DNA from: Andalucia godoyi And28
Taxonomy: Eukaryota > Protista > Jakobida
Length of the DNA stretch: 64,000 nucleotides
Reading direction: 5' to 3'
Assembly (NCBI GenBank): GCA_009859145.1
Contig: VRVR01000012.1
Coordinates: forward strand, 248,001 to 312,000
Within the stretch, counting starts at the first letter, position 1; each line of letters begins with the position of its first letter. Of this stretch, positions 1 through 9,571 are shown piece by piece. The translations under genes were made by a program, and so were the position numbers. The notes beneath the pieces are model-generated. The model was not told where the DNA came from and ran no database searches. It saw only the letters and a program-made list of their open reading frames with translations.

Positions 1-160
1 AATGGAAGAGAATTCCCGCGAACCTTTAACTGTGGCCCTTGAGGAGCCCCCCTCCAACGAACTCGTGTCTCGATTCCTTTGGCCAAAAGCTCCACTGGCC
101 ACGGCCGGTACAGCCGGTTTTTTCATGGTGCGAACTGTGTGCTTGCATTTGTTTAATGAG

Positions 161-477
161 CACGCCTACATTATAATCCTGAACATGCATACCAACGAAT
201 AGACATGCATATTCAATCTTGCATCCGATCAATCTGTGAGCTGCACGCGGGACATGCAAACACTTTGCTTCCGCTGCTCGCGATGCTCGGTCGCCTTATG
301 GAACAAACGTTGCTGGAATTGGTAGTCTTGCAGCGGATTCGACGATGATAGAACAGATGGCTATGGATGTTGTCTTAAAGAGTGTCGAAAATTCGGAGCC
401 TGTGTCACCGGCTGAATTTTGGCCGAGCGTGCGCAAGCACGAATTCCTGTGAAACAAACGTGCTAGTGTCGGCCAGT
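161..477 (+). repeat. Degenerate dispersed repeat, family 1, copy A
   Basis: 338-477 matches the reverse complement of 37900-38040 (about 7 differences in ~125 nt, counted by eye). 161-228 matches the reverse complement of about 38375-38422. Confidence 0.85.
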
Positions 478-1071
478 CTTGCATGGAACCGTATGTGAAT
501 TCAGTTCAGAATGGGTGGTGGACGCGTTCTTCCAAAACAGATATTGTACGCACCTTTTCCAGTCTCGATCCAGACGTGTGCCAGACAGGACGCGGACATC
601 GGGATGACGATGGACTGACGTGGATAAAGTTTTTTTAAAAAGGCGAACGGAAGAATAGCGTAGTCTTTAATGTCTGGGTGCGTGGCCGTAATGTAGGGTA
701 AAGAGTTGGTAATAAGGATAGCTGGTGAGATAAGGTTTGCTTATGTGTGCAGAACGATGGATCATGGATGTGTCAACAACGGCCTGCGAACCGTGATGTT
801 TATAGAAACCGCCAGACCGCCAGTCGATTGCATCCAGTGTGGATCCAATGGTGGCTGCCGAACACATGCACTCGCTAGAAAACTGTTTATCCCAAAGATG
901 ATGTTCCTGAAAGGGGAGATGGCGTGTTCGGTTAGAAAGAATGCAAATACGAAAAAGCGCAGATGTCGGTGAAATGTTATCAAATATAATACAAAATATT
1001 AATAGTCTATCGAAATTTTGCTCGATAGTGAAAATGTGGAATCTGCACTACCGCGCCTCAGCAATGAAATA

Positions 1072-2544
1072 TCATTTCTTGCGCAAAGAAGAAGAGTCTG
1101 CGGAATGATTGCTGATTGAGCGAACGGGGTCGAATGCAGTGCTTCGTCGTCGAATATTGGCATCACCGACTTGCTGTTGTGGCTCTGCATTGTTCGACAC
1201 CCGTACTGCTTTCGGTTGTCGCGCAGCGATCGCATCTTCGTCCGCAATGCTTGCGCTTTGTGGTACTTCCTCGCGTCCTTCTGCGTGGAGTCGCTTCAAC
1301 AGTAATCGAGACGGTGCGCTGCTCACTTTCTGTGCCTCCGACCCCTCTGATCGATGCTCAAAGCGTCTGCACTGAGCGCGAGGAGATCGACTGGGGGTTT
1401 CTGATTTTGAATCCTTTTGGACATTAGATGCCCCTGTGCTACCTTCCACGAATTCAGAATCAGCAGACCGTTGGTGGACAGAAGCGTCTAAGGTCGATTC
1501 CAGGACGTCAACTGCTGACTCGGAATCCGCAGCGACAATGCTCTTCTGCGGATACAGGCACTGTTGTTCGATGCGAAGATGGATACAACGCAAGCATGGG
1601 ATTCCCCCCGAACACCTCTTTCTACGATTTCTGCATGGAATGCATGCAACATGTCTGCGAGCTGGCGTATCCTGCATGGTGTCTCGTGATTTCGGCAAAG
1701 CATTCGGCCCAGTACGTTCTTCCGTAGCATCGGCTGCGACCGGCGCTCTGTATTCCCGATAATTTGAAGTGATTCCAGCAGCTGGATCTAAGTAGTGCTC
1801 CAGCTGTGGGCCATGATGATATGATGGAGAGTATAGGCTGTGATAGAATTGATGTGGCTCATACGTCGCAAGGGGCATATGCTGTTGTGAGAATGCTGTG
1901 ATATTTCTCGGAGACGGTCGGAGTTCCATGTTCATCATGGCCATCTCTCCGCCATTCGGAAAGTTTCGTCGAGGAGAAAAAGGTGCAGTCGGAAGACCGG
2001 GAGGCTGGCCAAAACACTGCGCATTGGAGACTGGTGCGTAGTGCGGAAAAAAAGAATGATGGGCCCACGAAGTTCCCAATCCCGACAGAGCTCCAGGTGT
2101 CGGGACTAGTGCTGGTGCTGATGCTGGTGCTGGTGCTGGAGGTGAGTATGCCGGGTAGGAAGGAGCGGCGCTGCCTCCAGTGCTGGGCGGCCCGAGGAGG
2201 TTTGGCGGCGAATTTAGATGGATGAAAGAACCGCCAGCCATGGTGGCGATTTGCTGCGGACGATTGAACGGAACGATCGACTGATCAGAAACCGCTGGCG
2301 GTGAATAATAGAGCATTCCGGCTCCTCCGTTGAGAGAGAGAACAGCGGGCTGTTGATATGGTGGTAGGTACTGCGGCGGCTGAGAGTATTGTTGCGATGA
2401 CGATTGCAAACCATGGGGAACGGAAGACGATCTTGGTAAATGCGCTGAAGAAGAAGTACTCTCATGCGGAGGAATATGATTTCCTCCGCTTCCTCCTGGT
2501 TGCCAAAGAGGATAGTTACTGTGGTGCGGTCGATCCTTGGACAT
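1072..2544 (-). CDS. Zn(II)2Cys6 binuclear-cluster (GAL4-type) transcription factor
   Basis: CIPCRNRRKRCSGGIPCLRCIHLRIEQQC = C-x2-C-x6-C-x5-C-x2-C-x8-C; Pro/Ser/Gln-rich N-terminal half. Likely ATG at 2544 (MSKDRPHH); the ORF track starts at 2694. Confidence 0.85.
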   Translation of the reverse strand: MSKDRPHHSNYPLWQPGGSGGNHIPPHESTSSSAHLPRSSSVPHGLQSSSQQYSQPPQYLPPYQQPAVLSLNGGAGMLYYSPPAVSDQSIVPFNRPQQIATMAGGSFIHLNSPPNLLGPPSTGGSAAPSYPAYSPPAPAPASAPALVPTPGALSGLGTSWAHHSFFPHYAPVSNAQCFGQPPGLPTAPFSPRRNFPNGGEMAMMNMELRPSPRNITAFSQQHMPLATYEPHQFYHSLYSPSYHHGPQLEHYLDPAAGITSNYREYRAPVAADATEERTGPNALPKSRDTMQDTPARRHVACIPCRNRRKRCSGGIPCLRCIHLRIEQQCLYPQKSIVAADSESAVDVLESTLDASVHQRSADSEFVEGSTGASNVQKDSKSETPSRSPRAQCRRFEHRSEGSEAQKVSSAPSRLLLKRLHAEGREEVPQSASIADEDAIAARQPKAVRVSNNAEPQQQVGDANIRRRSTAFDPVRSISNHSADSSSLRKK

Positions 2545-4156
2545 TTCTGCAGGCCTCGCAACTGCAAAAGAAGGAAGACACAGAGTTCGCGAGAGAATAC
2601 GAAAAGATTTTGGCGGTTGCAAAACAGCGAATGGCGATTGAAAGGGAGTTTCCAGCAAACAGGCTACAGCGCGCGGACAATGAGAATACGACAACGTTGT
2701 TCCTATTTTTTTTTTTCAATTCGAGGAGCCGGAGGATGTTGTTGGAGGCCAGAAATCACAAAACATGGTCCACTCCGGGATGCGACTGGTAGATTCTGGA
2801 GTCGAACCCTCCATATTTAGTGCAACGTCTCGTTCATCGCCCGTGAGGTGCTTGCACTGGTACGATGGCAATCGCGGACAGAGCGGATGAACCCCCAAAG
2901 ACGTCAATGCCGCTCCTAGCAGCGTGCTTCGCGTCGCGGGAAACCAGCGGTGAACAGAGGACGCTGCGAAGAGGTTTCCTCGCATCTTTCCGATGTATTG
3001 TGATGGGTCACCTGCATCCACCCAAGTCAATTGCCGTTGCGCTCCGACAAGCGATTTCGCCTTGTCTTTCCGAACTTCCCCCGGACCCACACAGCCTTAC
3101 TAAACCGTGAAACGTCGACCTCTTTCATTTTGCTGCGGCACATGTCGCCGCTGCAGCGCTACCTTGCACACACGTGCACAAACATGCGACCATCATATCT
3201 CTTTACGCCAAATAAGGAATCTTCTTACTGCGGCGGTCCGCGCAGATTTCTGTTGCATAATCTTTGGGTGAGGGGCTCAGCAGCGTGCACAACAGACGAG
3301 TGACACTCACTGGGCATTCCGTTTAGCAGCACAGTACCAATTTTCGCGGAAAAATAAAATGCGTCGGGGAGCGGCAATGGAGTTTGTTGCACAAAAAGAA
3401 TCAACGCCTTTGAACTGGACTCTGTAAGCCTTAATATTGTGCAAATTTCCCGCGGCTTTTTTTGTGCAACCCCAGACAGAGGAGGCACAACCGGACAGGA
3501 CTGCAAGGCTAGCACAGTGTGCTTCTACACGTCGTTGAAACTTGACAGCTGAGCCTTCTGCTCATAATCATTGGGCCCGATCGCTGGCATGAAAGCTCCG
3601 CACGCAAGCCAGGCAGATCGCAACACGCTTGGGCTGCAACGCCAGGGCAGCACGTCTCCGACATTTTGGGAAACTTCCGCAATCCGATCCGAAGAGAGTT
3701 GCGGGAAATCCAACCCCGCGCCTGTAATGATACCGATCACCACTCAAAGACACGTGACCCGAGCCGTCGAATCTTCGCCAACGTCGGTCAAATCTTGGGT
3801 CGCCCTCAGCTCGCAAAAGACCTGGGCTGGTGGCATGCAGGTCACGGACCACGGTCCCCCAGATGGCGGTCAGAAATGCCATCTGGCATTCGACGCATCT
3901 ATTGGACATGTTTTTACCTTCTTATTTGGCTATTATTATTATTTTAATTTTTTTGTTGGCCAAACGAGCTCCAAGACAGATGTTTATGCAACCATGTAGA
4001 AAAAAGACGCGTCTTTGTTTTCGTACAGTCCGACACACAAACACACACACACACACATACATATACATACACTCACTCACTCACTCACCCCACTCACTCT
4101 TTTCCGTTGTCGGTTTTCTGATTTGGAAAGAAGAGCTATGTGCAACCGGTGCTCGT

Positions 4157-6517
4157 TCAAGTGAGCGGGCGATGGATGTTCCTCTTGCTGCAGGCGCCAT
4201 CTTGAGTGTCGTCGTTATCTTCTTCGTCGTCGTTGTTTTCATCGTCGATTCGGCTTGCAGCCAGCTCGTTCGACAGGAAGCAATCCACGATCTCGGACTC
4301 GAGCTGGTGCTCTGGAGGACCCGATTCGTTTGTCCAGTGAGCGGTTCCCGCTTCATCAGACAAACGTCGACTCTCCCCAAGTCTAACAGAAGTCGTGATG
4401 TCGTTTGAATGTACTGCACAGTCGATTTGCCATTGCAGTGATCGGGCTGCAGTGCGCCACGTTAGCGGGCGGATGGACCATTCCAACACCGCACTCAGAC
4501 TTTCTGCGAGCCCACCACCGTCATCGTTCCTTTTTCGCATGTTCATGCTGGAGTGCTGCACAAGCTGCGAATGGCGGACAAACCGATTGTAACCCCATGA
4601 CTCGCCCGGTGAAAACACAGATACAAACTCTCTGCAAATTCCACCGCAAGCCACTCTATACTGATATTTTGCAGGGATTTCCGGCCCCTCTAGCATTTCT
4701 ACAAATACGGACATCACTGCCATGTCCAAGGACGGAGACAAGGACGCTGCTGCAGAGGACGGGGGGACAGGTGAAATGGATGCGGATGACATTGCGGACG
4801 ACCCGACTGGATAAACCTTCAGGCGAAAGACGGCACCGTGGACTACCAAGACGCTTGAAAACAAGACTGGAGATGTCGCCTCTCCAATGCGTTCCGTATC
4901 ATTTGCATCAAGATGTACTGTCCGTGACATCTGAATGTCGTAAAGAGATGGATCCGAGTGCAGTGGGACGTTCATCACTGCAGCTGCATACGGCGGCTCG
5001 ATTTCATCCAACAATTCTCGAACCAATCCTTCATTTCTTTCACTTTCCAGTGCCACAAGCCTCAGCAACAGCCCAGCCTCGCTCGTCCCCTCCCTCCCGA
5101 TCTTCTGGTCTTCCTCTTCTTGGTGACTGCGCATTGCAAAATTCTGATTTCCATTCGACTCATGATCTGCATCAGTAACAGCAACGGAACTAACACTACC
5201 ACCACCACCATCATCATCACGATGATCATCATCGTCGGCGTTGTCGTTGATGTCGTCCCGTTGTTCATGCCCGTGCTCGCGTGACAACTCCATTTCTTCT
5301 TCTACCGCGCCCCCTCCAAGTTCGTCGTCATCGAGTTCGTGGCAAGGACGGCTAAAAAGCATGCGCGTTTCCGTATCCAGTCTGATGCGGGCGGATTCGA
5401 GCGCTGCTACGGATTCGATTGCAGTTCCGTATCTGCCAACGAGCTTGTCTGCAGTCTGTATGGCCATGTTGTGCTTGGCTCTCTGAATTGCGTCCTGTGC
5501 CTCTCGAACGCATTTTTCGATGCCTTTGACTCTATTATCCAGTCCTAACTGCGCATTTCCTATAGTGTCTGCCACTGAACTTTCAAGAATCTGCACCAAC
5601 CTCCGGATCGCAGCACGTGCATCCTGCGCCGCATGCTGCGTCACCACCTGTGCATGACTGCTTCGGATCGCATGCACCATTTTCGAAGCGCGGTAGGAAG
5701 ATCTCCGCGCGCCTTGTACAGACATTGCTACTCGACTTCTCGCATCCTCCACGACATCTGCCAAATGCATAATGTACGTTCTATTTCCATTCTCCGTTCT
5801 CTCTTTTCGTTCTCTCTCTGTTCCATTTCCAGCAATCGCGTCTTCTCTTCCACTGTTGCTGCTGCTGCCCATTTGTACGTGGCGCTGCTGCTGCTGTGGA
5901 TCCTGCTGATGATTGTGTGGGAACGGAGGAAACAAGCAGCAGTCAGGACACACGGCTCGCTGGCAACACGGATGCGAACAGTAATACAATAACGGTGCAT
6001 TATGCACGGCACATTCCCCTACCGCAATCCTCAGCGGTCCCCAGCCTGACTTTTTTTGTTCGCTATTTCCCAACCGATGCCGTTCACTTCCCCTCCTACC
6101 CTTCCTCTCCACGGCTCCATCTCTATCCCCATGAATACCACTGTCGTCATCGCCCTCAATATCATTGCCACTACTCATGCTTCCCTGTTCATCCCCATCT
6201 TCAACTGCATCTGCATTATCACTCCCATGGCCACGGTCATTCCTCGAGGAAGAGGAAGAGGCCGAGGCCGAGGGTGAGGGTGAGGAGAGGAGAGAAGCAG
6301 CAAGTTCGCGAACAACACGAGCAGGAATCAGGTCAGAAGTGGAGATTCGGGCACGGCAATGTGGACATGTACCACGCGACTCAACCCACTGTGAAATGCA
6401 TCGTCGGCACGCATGATGCTGGCATGCAGGACACTGCACAGCATCCACCGACGGACTGTGTGTGCATATGTAGCAGCGCAAAAGATCAAGAAGCGCACTC
6501 GTACGACTACCCGACAT
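4157..6517 (-). CDS. TRIM37: TRIM37-like E3 ligase (RING, B-box, coiled coil, MATH/TRAF)
   Basis: RING CYIC...CPACQHHACRRC...CPHC; B-box CAVH...YCSHPC...CPDC; coiled coil; MATH motifs VHGAVFRLKVYP, SVFVEM, REFVSVFSPGESWGYNRF. Confidence 0.8.
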   Translation of the reverse strand: MSGSRTSALLDLLRCYICTHSPSVDAVQCPACQHHACRRCISQWVESRGTCPHCRARISTSDLIPARVVRELAASLLSSPSPSASASSSSSRNDRGHGSDNADAVEDGDEQGSMSSGNDIEGDDDSGIHGDRDGAVERKGRRGSERHRLGNSEQKKSGWGPLRIAVGECAVHNAPLLYYCSHPCCQRAVCPDCCLFPPFPHNHQQDPQQQQRHVQMGSSSNSGREDAIAGNGTERERKERTENGNRTYIMHLADVVEDARSRVAMSVQGARRSSYRASKMVHAIRSSHAQVVTQHAAQDARAAIRRLVQILESSVADTIGNAQLGLDNRVKGIEKCVREAQDAIQRAKHNMAIQTADKLVGRYGTAIESVAALESARIRLDTETRMLFSRPCHELDDDELGGGAVEEEMELSREHGHEQRDDINDNADDDDHRDDDGGGGSVSSVAVTDADHESNGNQNFAMRSHQEEEDQKIGREGTSEAGLLLRLVALESERNEGLVRELLDEIEPPYAAAVMNVPLHSDPSLYDIQMSRTVHLDANDTERIGEATSPVLFSSVLVVHGAVFRLKVYPVGSSAMSSASISPVPPSSAAASLSPSLDMAVMSVFVEMLEGPEIPAKYQYRVACGGICREFVSVFSPGESWGYNRFVRHSQLVQHSSMNMRKRNDDGGGLAESLSAVLEWSIRPLTWRTAARSLQWQIDCAVHSNDITTSVRLGESRRLSDEAGTAHWTNESGPPEHQLESEIVDCFLSNELAASRIDDENNDDEEDNDDTQDGACSKRNIHRPLT

Positions 6518-6863
6518 TCTTCTTCTCTACGCTACCTGTTCTTCTCGTTCTTGAACTGTGGAAATTTATCCAATGAACATTTCCGTGTAACAAGTATTAT
6601 TGAATGAGGTTTTTTTTAATTTTTAAATTTCTTGCAAAACCCAAAGAAATACGGGTGATTTTGCAGATTCGGAATGATGGATCATAGATGGGAAGCACTC
6701 ACGTAGACTCGAGTGCATCGTTTCCCGGAAGGTCGAAAGACGTCGACAGTGTAAAGGTTCAAGTCCATTTTTTTGAAGAAGAGAAGAACGTTCGGTCGGG
6801 TCTCTGATTCTTTTTGGAAGGACTCAGAGTGCGAGAGAGGGGAAGAGTGAGCGGGGGGAAACT

Positions 6864-6899
6864 AACAACCTACAACCTACAACCTACAACCTACAATTC
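6864..6899 (+). repeat. Heptamer tandem repeat (ACAACCT)n
   Basis: acaacctacaacctacaacctacaacctacaattc, upstream of the 6974 ATG. Confidence 0.85.
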
Positions 6900-6973
6900 A
6901 CAATTTACAATCTGTAACCAACAACCGTTCACAGGCATTACAGCTACAAGTACAACCACAACTGCAGGGCTGA

Positions 6974-7942
6974 ATGTCGAGAGCAATGGGCAGTGGCAGT
7001 GGCAGTAGCAGTGGCAGTAGCAGTGGCAGTGCATCATCGTCGTCGCCATCGAGGCACTCGGGCGGCAATGCGCGCCATCCAGCGTCGTCATCATCCAGTA
7101 CGACAGGGTCGGATGGAACGGGGATTCTTGGAGCAGTCGTAGGCATGCTGACGGCGAATCCGTGGCTTCTGGTCCTTGCTGGGACTACAGCCGCCGTGGT
7201 GCTTTACCGGTACTTTTTCCCTCCTCCTTCTTCTTCTTCTTCTTCCTCCTCCTCCTCCTCGTCGTCGTCGTCATCATCACCATCATCGCCATCGTCGTCG
7301 GCATCATTGGCGTCATCGTCGTCGACACCGCGCGGGGATTCACACCGCGGTGCAACATCAACACTCTCGGGCGCCGGAGCTCCAAGAGCGTCGTCGTTTA
7401 CGGGGAGTACAGCGGGTGCTCGAATGAAGAAGACGGTTGTTGTTGCAGCAGACGAGTCGCTGCTGGTGCTTCCGGCGATTGTGGCGTTGCTGGAAGCGCG
7501 GCCGCAGCACAGCGTGTTTGTGGTGGTGCGCGCGACCTCGGATGCGCAAGAGACGGCGATGCTCGAGACAGTGCGTCTGCATCTATCGACACACTTGCCG
7601 TCCGCTTCAGTCCGGCTGGCAGCAACAAACTCCGACGATGTTAAACGCGAAAAAGCTGGTGCAACGACGGTCTGGGTGCTGGCGGCGGAAACGGCAGCGG
7701 GCGTGGCTGCCATGGCACGGCAGCTCGAGGCAGACGTCCTGGTGCATGAGGATCTGGCTGTTTTGCGCTCTGTCGCGCAGTTTCTGAGGTGCGTTGTCCT
7801 GTTCGACGCGGTCCAGGACCACGGCCTGATGCAGCAACCTGGAGTCCTGGAGTGGCTGGATGCTACGCCCCAGGCTAGAATCGCACTCCCCGAGAATCTC
7901 GCTGCAGTCATTCTTGCGGACGACGACGACGACCAAGATTAG
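6974..7942 (+). CDS. PEX22-like peroxisomal membrane anchor (plant/protist type)
   Basis: One N-terminal TM (LLVLAGTTAAVVLYRYFF), a poly-Ser linker, then AAETAAGVAAMARQLEADVLVHEDLAVLRSVAQFL, resembling the plant PEX22 C-terminal motif CSTE.GRTSFVRQLEPDWHID....QLARFI. Confidence 0.6.
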   Translation: MSRAMGSGSGSSSGSSSGSASSSSPSRHSGGNARHPASSSSSTTGSDGTGILGAVVGMLTANPWLLVLAGTTAAVVLYRYFFPPPSSSSSSSSSSSSSSSSSPSSPSSSASLASSSSTPRGDSHRGATSTLSGAGAPRASSFTGSTAGARMKKTVVVAADESLLVLPAIVALLEARPQHSVFVVVRATSDAQETAMLETVRLHLSTHLPSASVRLAATNSDDVKREKAGATTVWVLAAETAAGVAAMARQLEADVLVHEDLAVLRSVAQFLRCVVLFDAVQDHGLMQQPGVLEWLDATPQARIALPENLAAVILADDDDDQD

Positions 7943-8115
7943 ACTCTCGACAGTGGGCAGTGGATCGATAGCATTGAATTGCGTTTTGTTTTGTTGTTGC
8001 TGTTGTTGTTATTGTTGTCCGTATCGCGGTAAAAGGATTAACGCAATGCTCGTATTACCCTGCGGCGGGCCGAGTGAGCTTTCCATCTGCAAAGTGAACG
8101 CTTGTATACGTGCAG

Positions 8116-8116
<1 letters not shown>

Positions 8117-8168
<52 letters not shown>
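8117..8168 (+). repeat. Heptamer tandem repeat (CGCATCC/CGCATCT)n
   Basis: atcccgcatcccgcatcccgcatcccgcatctcgcatctcgcatctcgcatctc. Confidence 0.9.
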
Positions 8169-8169
<1 letters not shown>

Positions 8170-8362
8170 TTCCAAGTCACAAGTCCCAACCTCAATCGCC
8201 ACGCTGCTCTGCCGATTGATTTCCGACTTGACTTGAAGGTGCTTCTTGGCGAGTCTTCTCCGCTGCACTCTACTTTGCAACTACTGCTTCTTCCAACGTA
8301 TTTTACTTTCACAGTGAAACTACTGCCGCCTGCATCATTCACGTAATCCCGATTTTCACAGG

Positions 8363-8833
8363 ATGACAAGTGACGGCAATCGAGCACGCCGGGACGTTCA
8401 CACCGTGCAGCTTTTTCTGGACTTTCTTGAGCAAAGTGAGTTCCGCAAGGCTGCAGACCTTTTTGCAGAGGATGCCGTCCAGCTTATCCCGTATGCATGG
8501 GGCTCGCAGGTACCGCGCGAGTTTCGAGGAAGACAAGCCATATTCGAGCTCTACAATGCCCTTCCTTTGCGCTTTGGTCCTGCGAAATTCATAAACCGCG
8601 AAATATGGGCCGGTGCGTCTGTGGGCACGACGAGTGCGAGTGCGAGTGCGTCGGTGGGGACAACCGTGGCATTTGCCAAGTACTCGGGCCGGATTCCAAT
8701 ACTGACAGGCGGAGAGTACGCGAACGACTACTATGGGCTGTGGAGGTTCAACGCAGAGGGTCTTATTGTCGAATACAGCGAAATATGGGACCCGATCCGC
8801 ATCAGCCAGACTTTTGGCTTTCCACTGCCGTAG
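8363..8833 (+). CDS. SnoaL-like / PhzA-PhzB (NTF2-fold) protein
   Basis: AADLFAEDAVQLIPY...GRQAI...Y; GGEYANDYYGLWRFNAEGLIVEYSEIWDP, typical of bacterial SnoaL/PhzA-B proteins. Confidence 0.8.
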   Translation: MTSDGNRARRDVHTVQLFLDFLEQSEFRKAADLFAEDAVQLIPYAWGSQVPREFRGRQAIFELYNALPLRFGPAKFINREIWAGASVGTTSASASASVGTTVAFAKYSGRIPILTGGEYANDYYGLWRFNAEGLIVEYSEIWDPIRISQTFGFPLP

Positions 8834-9571
8834 TAGGTACATCATAATTATCACCAACTGCACAAGGAGATAAAATCGGTTTCTACATTAGTCGACTTTT
8901 CAGAAACATGTTTTTTCTTTGTTTCCCAGTCGTTGCCAACGCCTGCATTGTCTGTGGAGTAACGATTTCAAGAGTGTCAAGTCCTACTGCCTTTAATAAT
9001 TATTTTTTCGGTTTTCTCTCTCTTTTTTTGCTGTTCACGCTTCACAGTCCAGCCGTACTGCATTTCCATCCTCTTTTTCTGCGACTGTCTCGCTTATTTG
9101 GGTACTTTGTCCGGAACGTTCTTCGTACACATCACATTGCATTACATCACGCAAAACGTGCCTCGACAACAGTGACACAGGACCCGCAGGTTGTTGTTGT
9201 TGTTGTTGTTGTTTTATTGTTTTTTAAAATTATATTTGAACTTGTGAATTCACTGTTCGAGGGACAGCTGCACTGCAGAGCGAATGGTACTTTCTCAGTC
9301 AACGCCCCGGGGCCATTATCCGAAACCGTCGCCACTCGCGGACCCAGTGCGACCTCGCAATCGCGTATGTCTCACATTTTTCTCTGTCCTTATTCTCCTT
9401 TGTTCCTCCTTTTAGGTTCAGCTCCGCAGTTTCTTAGTGTGCCGAGATGTTCTGGAATAGCAGTCTTTTCTAATTTGCTCTTTGTTCTTTGGTTTTTGGT
9501 TTTTGGTTGTTTTATGTTCTGGTATCGTGGATGCGCTGCTTTTTTTGAATTTCATTTTGGGAAATTATTTA

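Noticed and set aside
2790-2812. B-box/T-loop-like GGTTCGACTCC on the minus strand
   Set aside because: The T-stem does not pair fully and no cloverleaf forms.
3525-3820. Minus-strand frame with an in-frame TGA at 3746-3744 (...RVTCL*VVIGII...) as a second selenoprotein
   Set aside because: No redox motif or recognisable family, and no SECIS noticed; at most a pseudogene fragment.
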